DNA of 64,000 bases from a phage, in NCBI GenBank assembly GCA_022143435.1, contig GCA_022143435.1_3941.1. One strand, 5' to 3'. Of the stretch, positions 36,520-55,331 are shown piece by piece. Made by a program: the position numbers and the translations under genes. The stretch's first letter is position 1. Each line of letters starts with the position of its first letter. Under the pieces are notes generated by a model. That model was not told where the DNA came from, did no database searches, and saw only the letters and a list, made by a program, of their open reading frames with translations.

Positions 36520-36770
36520 CATCACTTAAGAGCCTTTCTAAGAGGGTTTTTAAGTGAGGTTCGGTATGGTACAGTAGGCTCTGGCTTGGTATGGTTTGGT
36601 GATGTTCGGTGTGGTACGGCGGTGTAAGGTATGGTATGGGTAGTTAGTCTCAGCTACATTAAAATGAGACTTACCTTTTTAAAAGGTCTTTAAAAGGGTC
36701 TTTTAATAAGGTATGGTGAGGTAGGGTTAGGCGAGGTCAGGTTTGGTAAGGTATGGGTGGATGGTAGCAG
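36520..36770 (+). repeat. Composite non-coding repeat, copy A: hairpin, (NGGTN)n pentamer tract, hairpin, 2x AAGGTCTTTTAA, (NGGTN)n tract
   Basis: Aligns with 38045-38255; see findings. Confidence 0.8.
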
Positions 36771-36846
36771 CCACGTTAAAAATCTACCAAGTTTCTAAAG
36801 AGTCTTCTGTTGAGGGTTCTTTACAAACAACTTAACAATCAACTAA

Positions 36847-37452
<606 letters not shown>

Positions 37453-37454
37453 TT

Positions 37455-37895
37455 ATGAATACAAAAGCATTAGCAGCAAAGTTTAGTTACGGTGACACTG
37501 TATCACATTCTGAGATGGACACCTTCTTAGGTATTGTGAAGCCAACTTATCAAGGTGACATTGTTAAGTACGAAGATGAAATGAAGGCTTATGCACTTAC
37601 ACGTCTAAACCGACTTGAGAAGTTTATTGAAAAGCTTCTTAAAGAAGAGAAGATTTATCTGGTTGCTTCAATGGGTGTTGGTTATCGTGTGGTTGAACCT
37701 AAGCATCAAGCAACTATTGCAAAACGTAAAATGTCTGGTAAGATTGGTCGTGCTTTAAAGCAAGCCACTCAAGCGATTGAGAATGTGAATACTATGGCAC
37801 TTAGTCATCAAGAACGTTCACGACTGATTGAACAGCAAAACCATTTAGCTGCTATGAAAGCTAACATTAACAAGCAACGTAGAAAACCTTTCTAA
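37455..37895 (+). CDS. Hypothetical protein
   Basis: ORF; no recognised motif. Confidence 0.45.
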   Translation: MNTKALAAKFSYGDTVSHSEMDTFLGIVKPTYQGDIVKYEDEMKAYALTRLNRLEKFIEKLLKEEKIYLVASMGVGYRVVEPKHQATIAKRKMSGKIGRALKQATQAIENVNTMALSHQERSRLIEQQNHLAAMKANINKQRRKPF

Positions 37896-37903
37896 GTTGA
37901 CTA

Positions 37904-37930
37904 GGAAGCCTCTTCGGAGGCTCCTTTTTA
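37904..37930 (+). terminator. Rho-independent terminator (GAAGCCTC-TTCG-GAGGCTCC then TTTTT)
   Basis: Inverted repeat plus T-run. Confidence 0.6.
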
Positions 37931-38255
37931 AAAGGTCTTTTAAGAAGGTCTTTTAATGAGGTAAGGTGCGGTCTGGTAAGGCATGGTATGGTTGGGTGAG
38001 GTGAGGTATGGGTAGTTAATCGGAGCTACATTAAAATTCGATTACATCACTTAAAAGTCTTCTAAGAGGATTTTTAAGTGATGTTCGGTAGGGTCTGGTA
38101 GGGTGAGGTATGGGTAGTTAGTCTCAGCTACATTAAAATGAGACTTACCTTTTTAAAATGTCTTTAAAAGGGTCTTTTAACAAGGTATTGTATGGTGTAG
38201 TTTGGTTAGGTATGGTTAGGTGTGGTAAGGTAGGGTATGGAAGGATGGCAGTAGC
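37930..38255 (+). repeat. Composite non-coding repeat, copy B (one partial plus one full unit)
   Basis: Same element order as copy A; see findings. Confidence 0.8.
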
Positions 38256-38291
38256 CTTATAAAAAATCTGCCAAATAAGCTATAAAATCTG

Positions 38292-38327
38292 TTGACAAGT
38301 CAGGTGTTATAGCTTATTTTTATACTC
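38292..38327 (+). promoter_or_regulatory. Promoter-like element TTGACA...TATACT with non-canonical 24-bp spacing
   Basis: Hexamers read in sequence; spacing atypical. Confidence 0.3.
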
Positions 38328-38364
38328 AATGTAATACAAAATTTAATATAACTTTGAGGTCATT

Positions 38365-38748
38365 ATGAAAAAGATTTTATTAGCTGCTGCAATGGTTATG
38401 GCAATGAATTTACCAGTCAATGCAACAGAACTTCCAAATGTGGACTTATCAGGTGTTCCAGAAGACACTTGCCAGATTGTAAAAGGTGTTGCTCTAGCTA
38501 ATGGTGAGCTACTTAAACCAATCTCTGAAGAGTCTTTGACAGAGATGACTGATAAAGTAACTGACTATCAGTATCGTGTTCTTGCAGAGTATTTCCTGCA
38601 ATCTGCAAACATTAAAGAGAAGCACCATGAAGATATTGATGTACAGGCTATGCTAAATCATCGTATCCAGTTTAAAGAAGATTTGATGCAAAAAGCTATG
38701 TATGGTGTTGAGTATTTCTTAGAAAACAGAAGCTGCACAGGTATTTGA
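38365..38748 (+). CDS. Secreted/periplasmic protein of unknown function
   Basis: N-terminal signal peptide. Confidence 0.45.
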   Translation: MKKILLAAAMVMAMNLPVNATELPNVDLSGVPEDTCQIVKGVALANGELLKPISEESLTEMTDKVTDYQYRVLAEYFLQSANIKEKHHEDIDVQAMLNHRIQFKEDLMQKAMYGVEYFLENRSCTGI

Positions 38749-38749
38749 T

Positions 38750-38962
38750 ATGGCTCTTAAAAAGTTACATCCCAGAAGTGGTTATGGTAAGATAGTCGAT
38801 GATACAGACGGCTTTACAGTATTTACAGTCATCTGTCAAGATGATTCACAGATTGAAAAGGCTCTTGATGATTATCTTAACGATGAACGTGAAAAGGTTA
38901 GGGCTACAAACATAGATTCATTAATTGACACTTCACGTAAACGGAAGAAGAAAGATGAATGA
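38750..38962 (+). CDS. Small hypothetical protein
   Basis: ORF. Confidence 0.35.
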   Translation: MALKKLHPRSGYGKIVDDTDGFTVFTVICQDDSQIEKALDDYLNDEREKVRATNIDSLIDTSRKRKKKDE

Positions 38963-39254
38963 AGTTTTTGACCCTTATGCTCCACAAGATGATTGGGAGG
39001 CTGACAGAGAGGCTGAAATGGAGAGTTATGTTTGTCCAATGGATGTAGACGAAATGAGAGATTTCGTTGCACACCGTTTTAAGAAAGAGATTAAATCCAG
39101 AGGTCTTTCTCAAGAGCAAGTTGCTAAAATTTGTGGTATCTCTCAGGCTCGCGTATCCAACATAATCCACCTCACTGGTAATGTCTCCCTTGAGTATATG
39201 TTGGAAGTATGTGAAAAATTTGGTGTTAATTTCAATTTAAGGCTGGCAGATTAA
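38925..39254 (+). CDS. XRE-family helix-turn-helix DNA-binding protein (likely start 38955)
   Basis: SQEQVAKICGISQARVSNI HTH segment. Confidence 0.5.
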   Translation: MTLHVNGRRKMNEVFDPYAPQDDWEADREAEMESYVCPMDVDEMRDFVAHRFKKEIKSRGLSQEQVAKICGISQARVSNIIHLTGNVSLEYMLEVCEKFGVNFNLRLAD

Positions 39255-39255
39255 T

Positions 39256-39615
39256 ATGAAACGTGAAAACATTATCCACTCTGAAAACTTCGCATTAGGC
39301 TTTTATGGTGTACCTACTCACCTTGAAAAGTATTATGGTGTGAAGATTCTCTCCAATCTCATTATGGCTTACAAAGATGGTAAGATTAAGCATACTGAGA
39401 AGAAACGTGTCATGGGCTATATGGCTGTAGGTTCAGCAATCTCGAACATTAAGCTGGAAACAACTAGCAGTCAGATTGTGAAAGACCACTTCATCAAAGA
39501 GCTTTACCAGAATCTTGATGGTGTAGATGTTCAGGCTGTTTGGCTGGATGTTGACGGTCATAACTACACGAGTTTTGTTTTCAAAAACGACGACATTAAG
39601 TGTCTGTTCCCATAA
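39256..39615 (+). CDS. Hypothetical protein
   Basis: ORF. Confidence 0.4.
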   Translation: MKRENIIHSENFALGFYGVPTHLEKYYGVKILSNLIMAYKDGKIKHTEKKRVMGYMAVGSAISNIKLETTSSQIVKDHFIKELYQNLDGVDVQAVWLDVDGHNYTSFVFKNDDIKCLFP

Positions 39616-39628
39616 TAGGTGATTAACT

Positions 39629-40144
39629 ATGATTGATATCTACTTACAAGATGCTCATGCAGATTTCCTTAAAACGATGCTTAAAAAGTTTATGGCTTCA
39701 CAGGGTGATAATGAAGCATCTTTTAAAATAGTCACATGTGGCGACGAAGCTGGTTTTGTTGAGATTGAACATGAAGATACTGGAAAGACTGTTTGTAAGT
39801 TACCTGATAGCATGTTCTCTAACACGTTCTTAACAAAGACTAGTATAAATGTTAAGCTTGTGCCTCAGATTGAAACATACTCTGGTACAGATTACCCTAA
39901 AGGTTTTAAGTCACTGATGAAGTACTTCTTAGATGACTTTGTGGGTAATCTTCTGAGGGAGGTAAAAGAAAGTCGTACAGTGTTGACTGTAGAGAACATG
40001 GGAGGAACTATCAAGGTCACTTCTGACTGTTTTGTTATGAGCCTCTTCGACTTCGTTCCTAAGAACTTTGATGGTATTCTGGATGAAGAAGATGACTGTG
40101 TAGACTTTATATTGGTTCTTGAGCCAGTTTTTGAGGTTAAATAG
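39629..40144 (+). CDS. Hypothetical protein
   Basis: ORF. Confidence 0.4.
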   Translation: MIDIYLQDAHADFLKTMLKKFMASQGDNEASFKIVTCGDEAGFVEIEHEDTGKTVCKLPDSMFSNTFLTKTSINVKLVPQIETYSGTDYPKGFKSLMKYFLDDFVGNLLREVKESRTVLTVENMGGTIKVTSDCFVMSLFDFVPKNFDGILDEEDDCVDFILVLEPVFEVK

Positions 40145-40405
40145 ATGAAAATTGAACACTGCTATGAGTCTGACGGAACACCTATACGTTGTCCACATTG
40201 TGGGTGTACAGACTTGCAAGGTGAAGTTCATGTGATTGTTAATGGTCATATAGCTGAAGAAAGTACTACATGTGTTGGTTGTGGTGAGCAACTATCATTC
40301 TGGGCTTATGGTTCATACCAACCCTCTCCACATTTTATCTACCATCGTAGTAAAGTTGTGAAGAGTGTCATCAACTGGTTCATTAAGAAAGGGTTTACAA
40401 AATGA
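40145..40405 (+). CDS. Small zinc-ribbon protein
   Basis: CPHCGC...CVGCG. Confidence 0.4.
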   Translation: MKIEHCYESDGTPIRCPHCGCTDLQGEVHVIVNGHIAEESTTCVGCGEQLSFWAYGSYQPSPHFIYHRSKVVKSVINWFIKKGFTK

Positions 40406-40947
40406 TTAAGCTAATATTTGCAAGTGGTGAAAACGGTGAATTTGGTACTCCAACTGGTATGCCGTGGCCTCGACATAAACAGGACATGCAAGAGTTTAAG
40501 AGACTCACTAAAAACAACTTAGTAGTGATGGGGAATGAGACTTTCAAGACTCTGGGTAGTAAACCTTTACCAGAACGTGCAAACCTCATCTTAACAAACT
40601 CTGTACCATACTTAGGCATAGACTTTGGCAAAGATGAGGTAATGTATGCTAAGGCCAGCAAAGAATCCTTTGGAGCATTTTTGAAGTATCTCGATAGCTC
40701 TATTGATGAAGATATCTTTGTAATTGGTGGTGCAGGTGTCCTTGTCAATGCTTTACCATATGCTGGTGTAGTTTTCCATACAGTTTTCCATAAAGTTACT
40801 GAAGAGGCCACTGTGTATTTACCTTTTGAAAACTTCTTTGAGAAGCTGTATGATAACCGTGTATTTACAAAGGTACAGTCAAAACCCTCAGATGATGGTA
40901 AAGCAACCTTTGAGATTTATGTTCCACAAGTAAAAGGACACTTTTGA
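40402..40947 (+). CDS. Dihydrofolate reductase
   Basis: N-terminal MIKLIFASGENGEFGTPTGMPW DHFR motif; adjacent to thymidylate synthase. Confidence 0.8.
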   Translation: MIKLIFASGENGEFGTPTGMPWPRHKQDMQEFKRLTKNNLVVMGNETFKTLGSKPLPERANLILTNSVPYLGIDFGKDEVMYAKASKESFGAFLKYLDSSIDEDIFVIGGAGVLVNALPYAGVVFHTVFHKVTEEATVYLPFENFFEKLYDNRVFTKVQSKPSDDGKATFEIYVPQVKGHF

Positions 40948-40948
40948 T

Positions 40949-41848
40949 ATGTCACAAGCTGATTTGAGTTACAAAAATATCCTGAACCATGTTTTATCCG
41001 TTGGTGAACTGCGTACTACACGAACTGGGGATGTTATCTCTGCATTTGCTCCACCACAGTTTCGTTTTGATATGAGAACTGGTTTCCCACTCTTAACATC
41101 TAAACAGGTGTTTACACGGCAAGTTATTGGGGAAGCTTTATGGTTCCTGAATGGTGAGAATAAACTTGGTGAACTCCGTTATCGCACTTGGGGTGAAAAT
41201 GATGGAGAACGTTGGACTATCTGGTCAGATGATTTTAAACGTTGGTTAAGCTCTAACTATTCTTCTGAGCAAGACTGGTTAGAAGATGCAGGTGGGAGAA
41301 TCTACGGGGTTCAGTGGAGAAACTTTGAAGGTCATAATGGTTGTGTTGTAGACCAGTTAGAAACCTTAGTAACGAAGATGAAAGGTGATATCACAGACCG
41401 CTACATGCTTGTTAATGCTTGGAATGCAGCAGATATTGCAGCAAACTCGATGGCTTTAGCACCTTGTCATGTTCTGTTTCAGATTTATATCACCAACGAA
41501 GGTGAAGTAGATTTGCAATGGTATCAGCGTTCTGTAGACACATTTTTAGGACTTCCGTTTAACATTGCATCTTATGGTTTTATTCTGGAAGTTCTTTGTA
41601 AGATGACTGGATACACCCCACGGTACTTGATAGGTGTCTTTGGGGATACTCAGATTTATCAGAACCATATGAAGCAGGTTTATGAACTGATAAACAATGA
41701 AGAGTTCCATGCACCTACTTTTGAGATTGGTGTGCAGCTTAACACTTTAAGTGACTTAAAACATCTTACTGCAAGTGATTTTATTGGTGGCATTAACAAC
41801 TACCAACATGCAGGGAAGATTGAAGCACCTCTGTCAGTAGGCAAGTAA
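40949..41848 (+). CDS. thyA: Thymidylate synthase (ThyA type)
   Basis: Assigned from overall ThyA-like N-terminal sequence pattern, ~300 aa length, and DHFR immediately upstream. Confidence 0.85.
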   Translation: MSQADLSYKNILNHVLSVGELRTTRTGDVISAFAPPQFRFDMRTGFPLLTSKQVFTRQVIGEALWFLNGENKLGELRYRTWGENDGERWTIWSDDFKRWLSSNYSSEQDWLEDAGGRIYGVQWRNFEGHNGCVVDQLETLVTKMKGDITDRYMLVNAWNAADIAANSMALAPCHVLFQIYITNEGEVDLQWYQRSVDTFLGLPFNIASYGFILEVLCKMTGYTPRYLIGVFGDTQIYQNHMKQVYELINNEEFHAPTFEIGVQLNTLSDLKHLTASDFIGGINNYQHAGKIEAPLSVGK

Positions 41849-41851
41849 AAC

Positions 41852-41880
41852 AAAAAAGGCTCCCGTAAAAAGGAGCCTTA
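41852..41880. terminator. Bidirectional rho-independent terminator (AAGGCTCC-loop-GGAGCCTT) between convergent thyA and structural block
   Basis: Inverted repeat flanked by T-runs on both strands. Confidence 0.6.
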
Positions 41881-41884
41881 AACT

Positions 41885-42256
41885 TTATTTTTCAGTATTC
41901 TTTGTGTTCTTTTCAGTAATAGCTTGGAGGGCTGATACTGATTGAGCCAGATTGTTCACACTGTCAGAGAATTTATCAAGAGTTTTGGTAAGTTTTGCGT
42001 TTTCACCCTTAACATTCTCTAACTGAACTTTCTGGTTCTCCATCCCTAGCTGAATCAGTCTCATGTCAGACTGTAAATCACGAATAGCTGAATAGTTACT
42101 TTTGGAATAATTATCTAGCTGCTGTAACTTTGTTGTGACAGACACTTCTTGTTTACCACTTGAAACTTGCATAGTGGTATACATCCCAATAACACTAAAA
42201 ATACCAACTACAATTGCACCAATATTATTTTTAAAAGCTTCCTCTAGCCACTTCAT
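41885..42256 (-). CDS. Membrane-anchored coiled-coil protein
   Basis: N-terminal TM helix then helical region. Confidence 0.35.
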   Translation of the reverse strand: MKWLEEAFKNNIGAIVVGIFSVIGMYTTMQVSSGKQEVSVTTKLQQLDNYSKSNYSAIRDLQSDMRLIQLGMENQKVQLENVKGENAKLTKTLDKFSDSVNNLAQSVSALQAITEKNTKNTEK

Positions 42257-42451
42257 TTATTTCTCCCCCTTAAAAGCTTTTTCTAAGTTATCTACGAACT
42301 CATCATCAATAGGTGTGTCTGTTTTACTCGCAAGGTATCTTGCAAGCTTAAAGAACACTTTCTCAATCATGTATTCACTTAGAAGGGATAAAATGAGTTT
42401 CCAGAAGAAGCTACCTAGATTTTTTAGAAGAATTGCTAGGATTGTAGGCAT
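42257..42451 (-). CDS. Small membrane protein (possible holin-like)
   Basis: Hydrophobic N-terminus, charged C-terminus. Confidence 0.3.
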   Translation of the reverse strand: MPTILAILLKNLGSFFWKLILSLLSEYMIEKVFFKLARYLASKTDTPIDDEFVDNLEKAFKGEK

Positions 42452-42530
42452 TTAATCACCTCATCAGCCAAGATGGTGAGAATACCCATAAAGAATATTA
42501 ACACCATCTTAACAATCAGTCAACAAGGGA

Positions 42531-44921
42531 TTAAGCAGTTCTTACCCAAGCCATTAACTTGTAGAACTGGTTAGTAACACTAAATGCTGAACCAGAACCT
42601 GTACCACCAGTGTTACCACTAACTGTATGGGTGTGAGCACCAATACCTACAGAGTGGGTGTGAGCACCAGTGTTACTTGTAGTACCAGACCATGTGTGTG
42701 TATGGTTACCAGTTGTGTTAGTGTTAGGGAACTTGTTATCAGTTCTGTCAAGCCAGTCAAGAGTTCTCGTCTTGTTATTGCTAACAGTTGTATAACCGTA
42801 CTGAGCATCACCACCATTAACCAATAGTAGACCTAAGTGGTGAGCGTGGTTACCAGCAGCACTTGTTGTACCACTTACAGAGTGAGTATGACCACCAGTG
42901 CTATTAGTGCTCTTCGTACCATAATCAAAAGATGAAGTGGTAGCAGAGAAACTATGGGTGTGTGATGGTAAGTTACCAACAGCTAACGTCACAGAATCTG
43001 AACCGCCAGTTGTAGCAACATCTGAACCGTTTGCTGCTGCAATCCTGATAGTTCTACCAACACCATTGTTAAGGTACGTCCAAGTTAGACCAGGAAGTGC
43101 CGTATTAGGGTCAACATTACTGTTAAACCACGTTACAATGCCTACTGGATAGATTTTGTTAAGGTCTGTAGAGTCACTGATTGCTTCTGCAATCTTCTGG
43201 TCAGTTTCTGCTTTAGTATATGCACCGATATCTGAGGGTGCTGGTTTATCTTGGTCTGTATAGATTTTAGCCCATGTATTCTCAAAACCATACCCATCTC
43301 GTGCTGTCCTGTACCAAATACCACCATTCCTGTAGCTAAACTTCAACTGTGCAGTTGGTGTTGAGCCACCACCGATATACATCTGATAAACCAGATGTGT
43401 TGAACCACCAGATTCCCTTGTAACATTATACAAACCAGTTCTAGCATTCCAAGCAATACCATCCCCACCACCAGCCTCTGTACCATTGCCAGTAGAGATA
43501 GCATACATGTACCTATAGTCTGCGGTAGATTGCGTGTAATATCTAGCATCTAAGTTAGCCCAATCAGAAGGTTGAACTTGACCAGTAATGGCTAAATTCT
43601 TATTCGCAACAATTGCTGATGGTTCAAGGGCAATTTGAGTACCAGAGTAACTATTGTTTAAGGTTACCACATTAGAGTTTGGGCCACCTACACCTAACCA
43701 CCACCTCGATACGTTCGCGGTATCCACACCACGGATATATAGTGGTTGCCCCTGTGTCAAGTTTCTTAATACTAAACCTTCGTTATTTGCTACGATAGTC
43801 TGCACATTCACAAATGTGTTAGCAACATTAAGTTTAGGCAGGTTACTCAAAGTTGCGGCTGGGATATATCTAGAGTCAATGTTAGTCCAATCAGAGGGTT
43901 GAACTTGACCAGTGATTTTTACACTCTTATTAAATGTAGCACCAGACGAGTTTAAGACAATTGAGGTGTTGCCCTTGTAATCGTAAAATGTGATATTGTC
44001 ATTTGCATCACCTTTACCGATATACCACAGATTATTGTTTTCAACATCTTTTGCTAGGATGAACAAAGACTCATTAACAGCTTTATTTTTTAGCATGATA
44101 GCAGCAGCATTAGAGCTGACACTAACATAGTTGCTGAAGGTGTTTAAACCACTAAAAGTGTTATTAGCAGTTAACTGTGCAAACCTCTGATTAGCTGCTG
44201 TCTGAGTAAAATATCTAGCATCTAAGTTAGAGAAGTCAGATGGTTGAACTTGACCAGTGATTCTTAGGGTTTTACTAATAGCAGCAACACTAGACAGATT
44301 AACTTCACAACCTGTCTTGTAGTTGTGGATAATAACATTGTCATTCACTGAACCATTACCTACATACCACCTATTAGCACCAGTGCTATCCTGACCTCTA
44401 ATATACAACGGTGAGTTCTCAGAAGAGTTTTTTAGTCTAATAGCTTCACCATTTGCTTGAATAACCTGTTGGAAGGTAAAGATGTTATTTGCAGCTAATC
44501 TTGAGTATCTTGCATCATTCTCTTCATTAGTTCTCATCCCAAGTTCATTAGGACTTGGCTTATTCAGAGTATGATAAACAGTTGCCGACCTTGAAGCATC
44601 TGCAATAGTTAGTTTAAGGCCATTTGCATTGATTTTAAAAGTCTTTAAAACATCCCCAATAGTAATCTCAGAAGAGCCTGTTGGGTTAAAGACTACCTTA
44701 CCACCATAAAGTAACTTAACAATCCCTAAATCACCCGTCATAGTACTACCAGCAATCTGAACAAATCTTTCAAGTTTAAAAGATGCTAAGAAATCTTGAT
44801 AGGTCATTCGACGGTCTTCATCGCCAAGCATTTCAGGTCTCTTTTTAACTCTGACATGAAGAAGGTCATCTGAACGGATTGTATCGATTGAGTTTAATTC
44901 ACTCAACTTGTAATCTGCCAT
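42531..44921 (-). CDS. Tail fibre protein with three internal ~110-aa repeats and C-terminal His-X-His box domain
   Basis: Triplicated [16 protein letters not shown] segments; C-terminal HTHS/HAHH/HTHT repeats. Confidence 0.7.
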   Translation of the reverse strand: MADYKLSELNSIDTIRSDDLLHVRVKKRPEMLGDEDRRMTYQDFLASFKLERFVQIAGSTMTGDLGIVKLLYGGKVVFNPTGSSEITIGDVLKTFKINANGLKLTIADASRSATVYHTLNKPSPNELGMRTNEENDARYSRLAANNIFTFQQVIQANGEAIRLKNSSENSPLYIRGQDSTGANRWYVGNGSVNDNVIIHNYKTGCEVNLSSVAAISKTLRITGQVQPSDFSNLDARYFTQTAANQRFAQLTANNTFSGLNTFSNYVSVSSNAAAIMLKNKAVNESLFILAKDVENNNLWYIGKGDANDNITFYDYKGNTSIVLNSSGATFNKSVKITGQVQPSDWTNIDSRYIPAATLSNLPKLNVANTFVNVQTIVANNEGLVLRNLTQGQPLYIRGVDTANVSRWWLGVGGPNSNVVTLNNSYSGTQIALEPSAIVANKNLAITGQVQPSDWANLDARYYTQSTADYRYMYAISTGNGTEAGGGDGIAWNARTGLYNVTRESGGSTHLVYQMYIGGGSTPTAQLKFSYRNGGIWYRTARDGYGFENTWAKIYTDQDKPAPSDIGAYTKAETDQKIAEAISDSTDLNKIYPVGIVTWFNSNVDPNTALPGLTWTYLNNGVGRTIRIAAANGSDVATTGGSDSVTLAVGNLPSHTHSFSATTSSFDYGTKSTNSTGGHTHSVSGTTSAAGNHAHHLGLLLVNGGDAQYGYTTVSNNKTRTLDWLDRTDNKFPNTNTTGNHTHTWSGTTSNTGAHTHSVGIGAHTHTVSGNTGGTGSGSAFSVTNQFYKLMAWVRTA

Positions 44922-44933
44922 TATAAATTTTCC

Positions 44934-44960
44934 TCTTAAAAGGGGCTATCAAGCCCCTGT
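44934..44960 (-). terminator. Hairpin AGGGGCT-ATCA-AGCCCCT downstream of tail fibre gene
   Basis: Inverted repeat with T-run on minus strand. Confidence 0.5.
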
Positions 44961-44967
44961 AAAGAAA

Positions 44968-46155
44968 TTAAGCTGTTCTCTGCCATACATACAGTACGAA
45001 GGATGGCTGCTCAATGTTGAAAGCTTGTCCACCACCAACACTGTTAGTATTCCCGCTATGTGTATGCTCAGAAGAAGAAACTGTCACAGTACCATTGTGC
45101 GTATGTGAACCAATACCAACCGTATGACTGTGAGCACCGATACCTACAGAGTGAGAATGGTCACCAGTTGTGTTAGTAGTAACACTGAAAGAGTGAGTGT
45201 GTGCACCAGCTACTTCACAGACAGCATCTGCTGAGTACCATGATTGGTCATTTCTTGTAGACCAAACCATTGCAGGTCTTTCCGATAGGCCACCACCTGC
45301 TTCATATGTCAATCTGTGGTTGTGAGCACCAGCAGAACTTGTTGACCCACTACCAACATGGTTATGGTTACCAGTCGTGTTAGTGGTTTTAGTTCCATAG
45401 TCAAAAGAGTTAGTAGTCTTAGTTCCATAATCAAAAGCTGAAATTGACACCGTTGCATTATGAGTATGACCACCACCACTAAGAGACACAGAGTGAGAGT
45501 GTTGAGGCATGTTATTAACTGACAAAGTGACAGTTGAAGCACCAAATACAGAACCTGCTGGTCTTGTGTCAGAGTCATAACCAACCAATGCTCTACCCTT
45601 TGAAACTAACTCCCAAGTACCTCCACAAATTAAATATGTAGAAGGGTTTGCAGAGTTCATGGAAAGATGGATAGTACCTACTGGATAGGAAGCCTGAACA
45701 GCCTTGTACAAGTTATTTACTGCTCTTGCTGTAGCATACTTATCTGCATCTTCGTTATAAAGGTTAGATGTTGTCCAGTTCTGAACATTACTCAATCCTA
45801 CCTGTGCCTTAGTTGTATTATGTGGGTTGCTCTTGTCCTGAATATGCTGTTGAACAAGATTATTAACCTCTTCTGAAGACATAATCTGTAGATTTGCTCT
45901 TGCCTGAGCTACATTAGTAACGTCTGATAAGTTATTTGCAGCAACTAACTGAAGAGCATTGATAACGTTATCTAAACCAATTTGTGTTTTAGTAACACCA
46001 TGAGGGTTATTTCTTAGGCTTGAGTGTGGAGCAAGTAATTGCTCAAGAGTACATCTCTTATCCTCAATACCCTGCTTAAGATGGAAGATATCACTAAGGT
46101 CAATTGGTAAGGCTGCTTGAGGCAAGGCACTAATTTGAATTTCACCTACCGCCAT
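44968..46155 (-). CDS. Tail fibre protein (second, paralogous C-terminal His-box domain)
   Basis: NPHGVTKTQIGLDNV / NPHNTTKAQVGLSNV fibre repeats; C-terminal HSHS/HTHN/HNHV repeats. Confidence 0.7.
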   Translation of the reverse strand: MAVGEIQISALPQAALPIDLSDIFHLKQGIEDKRCTLEQLLAPHSSLRNNPHGVTKTQIGLDNVINALQLVAANNLSDVTNVAQARANLQIMSSEEVNNLVQQHIQDKSNPHNTTKAQVGLSNVQNWTTSNLYNEDADKYATARAVNNLYKAVQASYPVGTIHLSMNSANPSTYLICGGTWELVSKGRALVGYDSDTRPAGSVFGASTVTLSVNNMPQHSHSVSLSGGGHTHNATVSISAFDYGTKTTNSFDYGTKTTNTTGNHNHVGSGSTSSAGAHNHRLTYEAGGGLSERPAMVWSTRNDQSWYSADAVCEVAGAHTHSFSVTTNTTGDHSHSVGIGAHSHTVGIGSHTHNGTVTVSSSEHTHSGNTNSVGGGQAFNIEQPSFVLYVWQRTA

Positions 46156-46157
46156 TA

Positions 46158-54155
<7,998 letters not shown>

Positions 54156-54156
<1 letters not shown>

Positions 54157-54395
54157 TACATTTTTCCTGCTCTTCTAAGTTCGTTGTAAGCAATTTCCTC
54201 TTTATACGACCTCTGAATCTCAAGAAATTGTCTCAATGATAATAAATCAGAGAATGTCATAGCAAAGAGTTGGTCAAGTGTTTCTTTACACCCTTCCATA
54301 CCATAAATAGCAAGCACAAATTTCATCTCGTCTGCTTCTTCATAGGTTGCCTCTACAGCAGCATCAGTTAGTGGTGTCTGTAGAGTGTTACCCAT
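54156..54395 (-). CDS. Tail assembly chaperone (small)
   Basis: Position between tube and tape measure. Confidence 0.4.
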
Positions 54396-54397
54396 GT

Positions 54398-54796
54398 TTA
54401 CTGAGAAGTTAGGCTTTTGAAAATGCTTGCTTCGAAAAAACTTCCGAAGTTTGCCTCCAGCGCAAATGCTAAGTAATCAATAAACTCACCGTAGTTTGCT
54501 TGGAAGTACGTATCAATATTAAGTGGGAAGTCGTCAACAGTTGCCCCTTGAAATAATAAGGTAGCCATCTCTTCAAGGTTAATTTCTTCAATTCTGTCAA
54601 AACAAGCTTCAACAAGTTCTTTAAATGGAACCATTGGAGCTTCTTTCTTACCCTTGTCAGTCAGACTTGATAGCATCTGTGCAAAGGTTGGAACAACAAT
54701 TTTACCCAACTTCATAGACATCTTAATACCATCTCTTGCCCCAAGCAGAACGATATTTACTTTCTTACCATTAATTACTCTAGATTCTGTTTTCAT
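54398..54796 (-). CDS. Tail assembly chaperone
   Basis: Position between tube and tape measure. Confidence 0.4.
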   Translation of the reverse strand: MKTESRVINGKKVNIVLLGARDGIKMSMKLGKIVVPTFAQMLSSLTDKGKKEAPMVPFKELVEACFDRIEEINLEEMATLLFQGATVDDFPLNIDTYFQANYGEFIDYLAFALEANFGSFFEASIFKSLTSQ

Positions 54797-54811
54797 TGTG
54801 ATTCCTTAATA

Positions 54812-54850
54812 CTTTTAAAAGAAACAAAAAAGGGGAAGACCTTTTAAAGT
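54812..54850 (-). terminator. Hairpin AAGGGGAAGAC...GTCTCCCCTT with T-run on minus strand, downstream of tube gene
   Basis: Inverted repeat plus TTTTTTGTTTCTTTT. Confidence 0.5.
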
Positions 54851-54869
54851 CTCCCCCTTATAGGATTTA

Positions 54870-55316
54870 TTAAACACTTGACGCTGGAATTGTAGAAGTG
54901 TAGTCTAGCTTCTCACAACCAAAAATCCAAGTTTTAGAGTTCTGGTCACGACCAAGTTCAATCTGTGGTAATTCCTGCAACCAAGCATTAATACCAGTTG
55001 CCAGAACAGAGCCTGATGGGTCGTAGATTACGAAGTTAGAAGAGATATCTTCTTCAAGTTCCATATTGTCTTGTTTAGCTTGAATTGCAGAAAGCATCTG
55101 GTTAGAGAGAGAAGTCTGCATTAACTCAATCTCAATAGTACCTGTCTTGTCTGCATTTCTTGTCAGAGCAACTTGACCACCTGCACCAACAACTGGTGTC
55201 ACAAGTGGTGATGTTCTCTGTAGACGCAAGAATGAATCTGGGGCAAAGCCTTCAATGGCAATACCATTCCAGCTACATACAACGTCTTTAGGGGAATATT
55301 GCTGATACATAGCCAT
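54870..55316 (-). CDS. Tail tube protein
   Basis: ~150 aa directly downstream of sheath-sized gene. Confidence 0.55.
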   Translation of the reverse strand: MAMYQQYSPKDVVCSWNGIAIEGFAPDSFLRLQRTSPLVTPVVGAGGQVALTRNADKTGTIEIELMQTSLSNQMLSAIQAKQDNMELEEDISSNFVIYDPSGSVLATGINAWLQELPQIELGRDQNSKTWIFGCEKLDYTSTIPASSV

Positions 55317-55331
55317 TCCAATTTACCTCTA

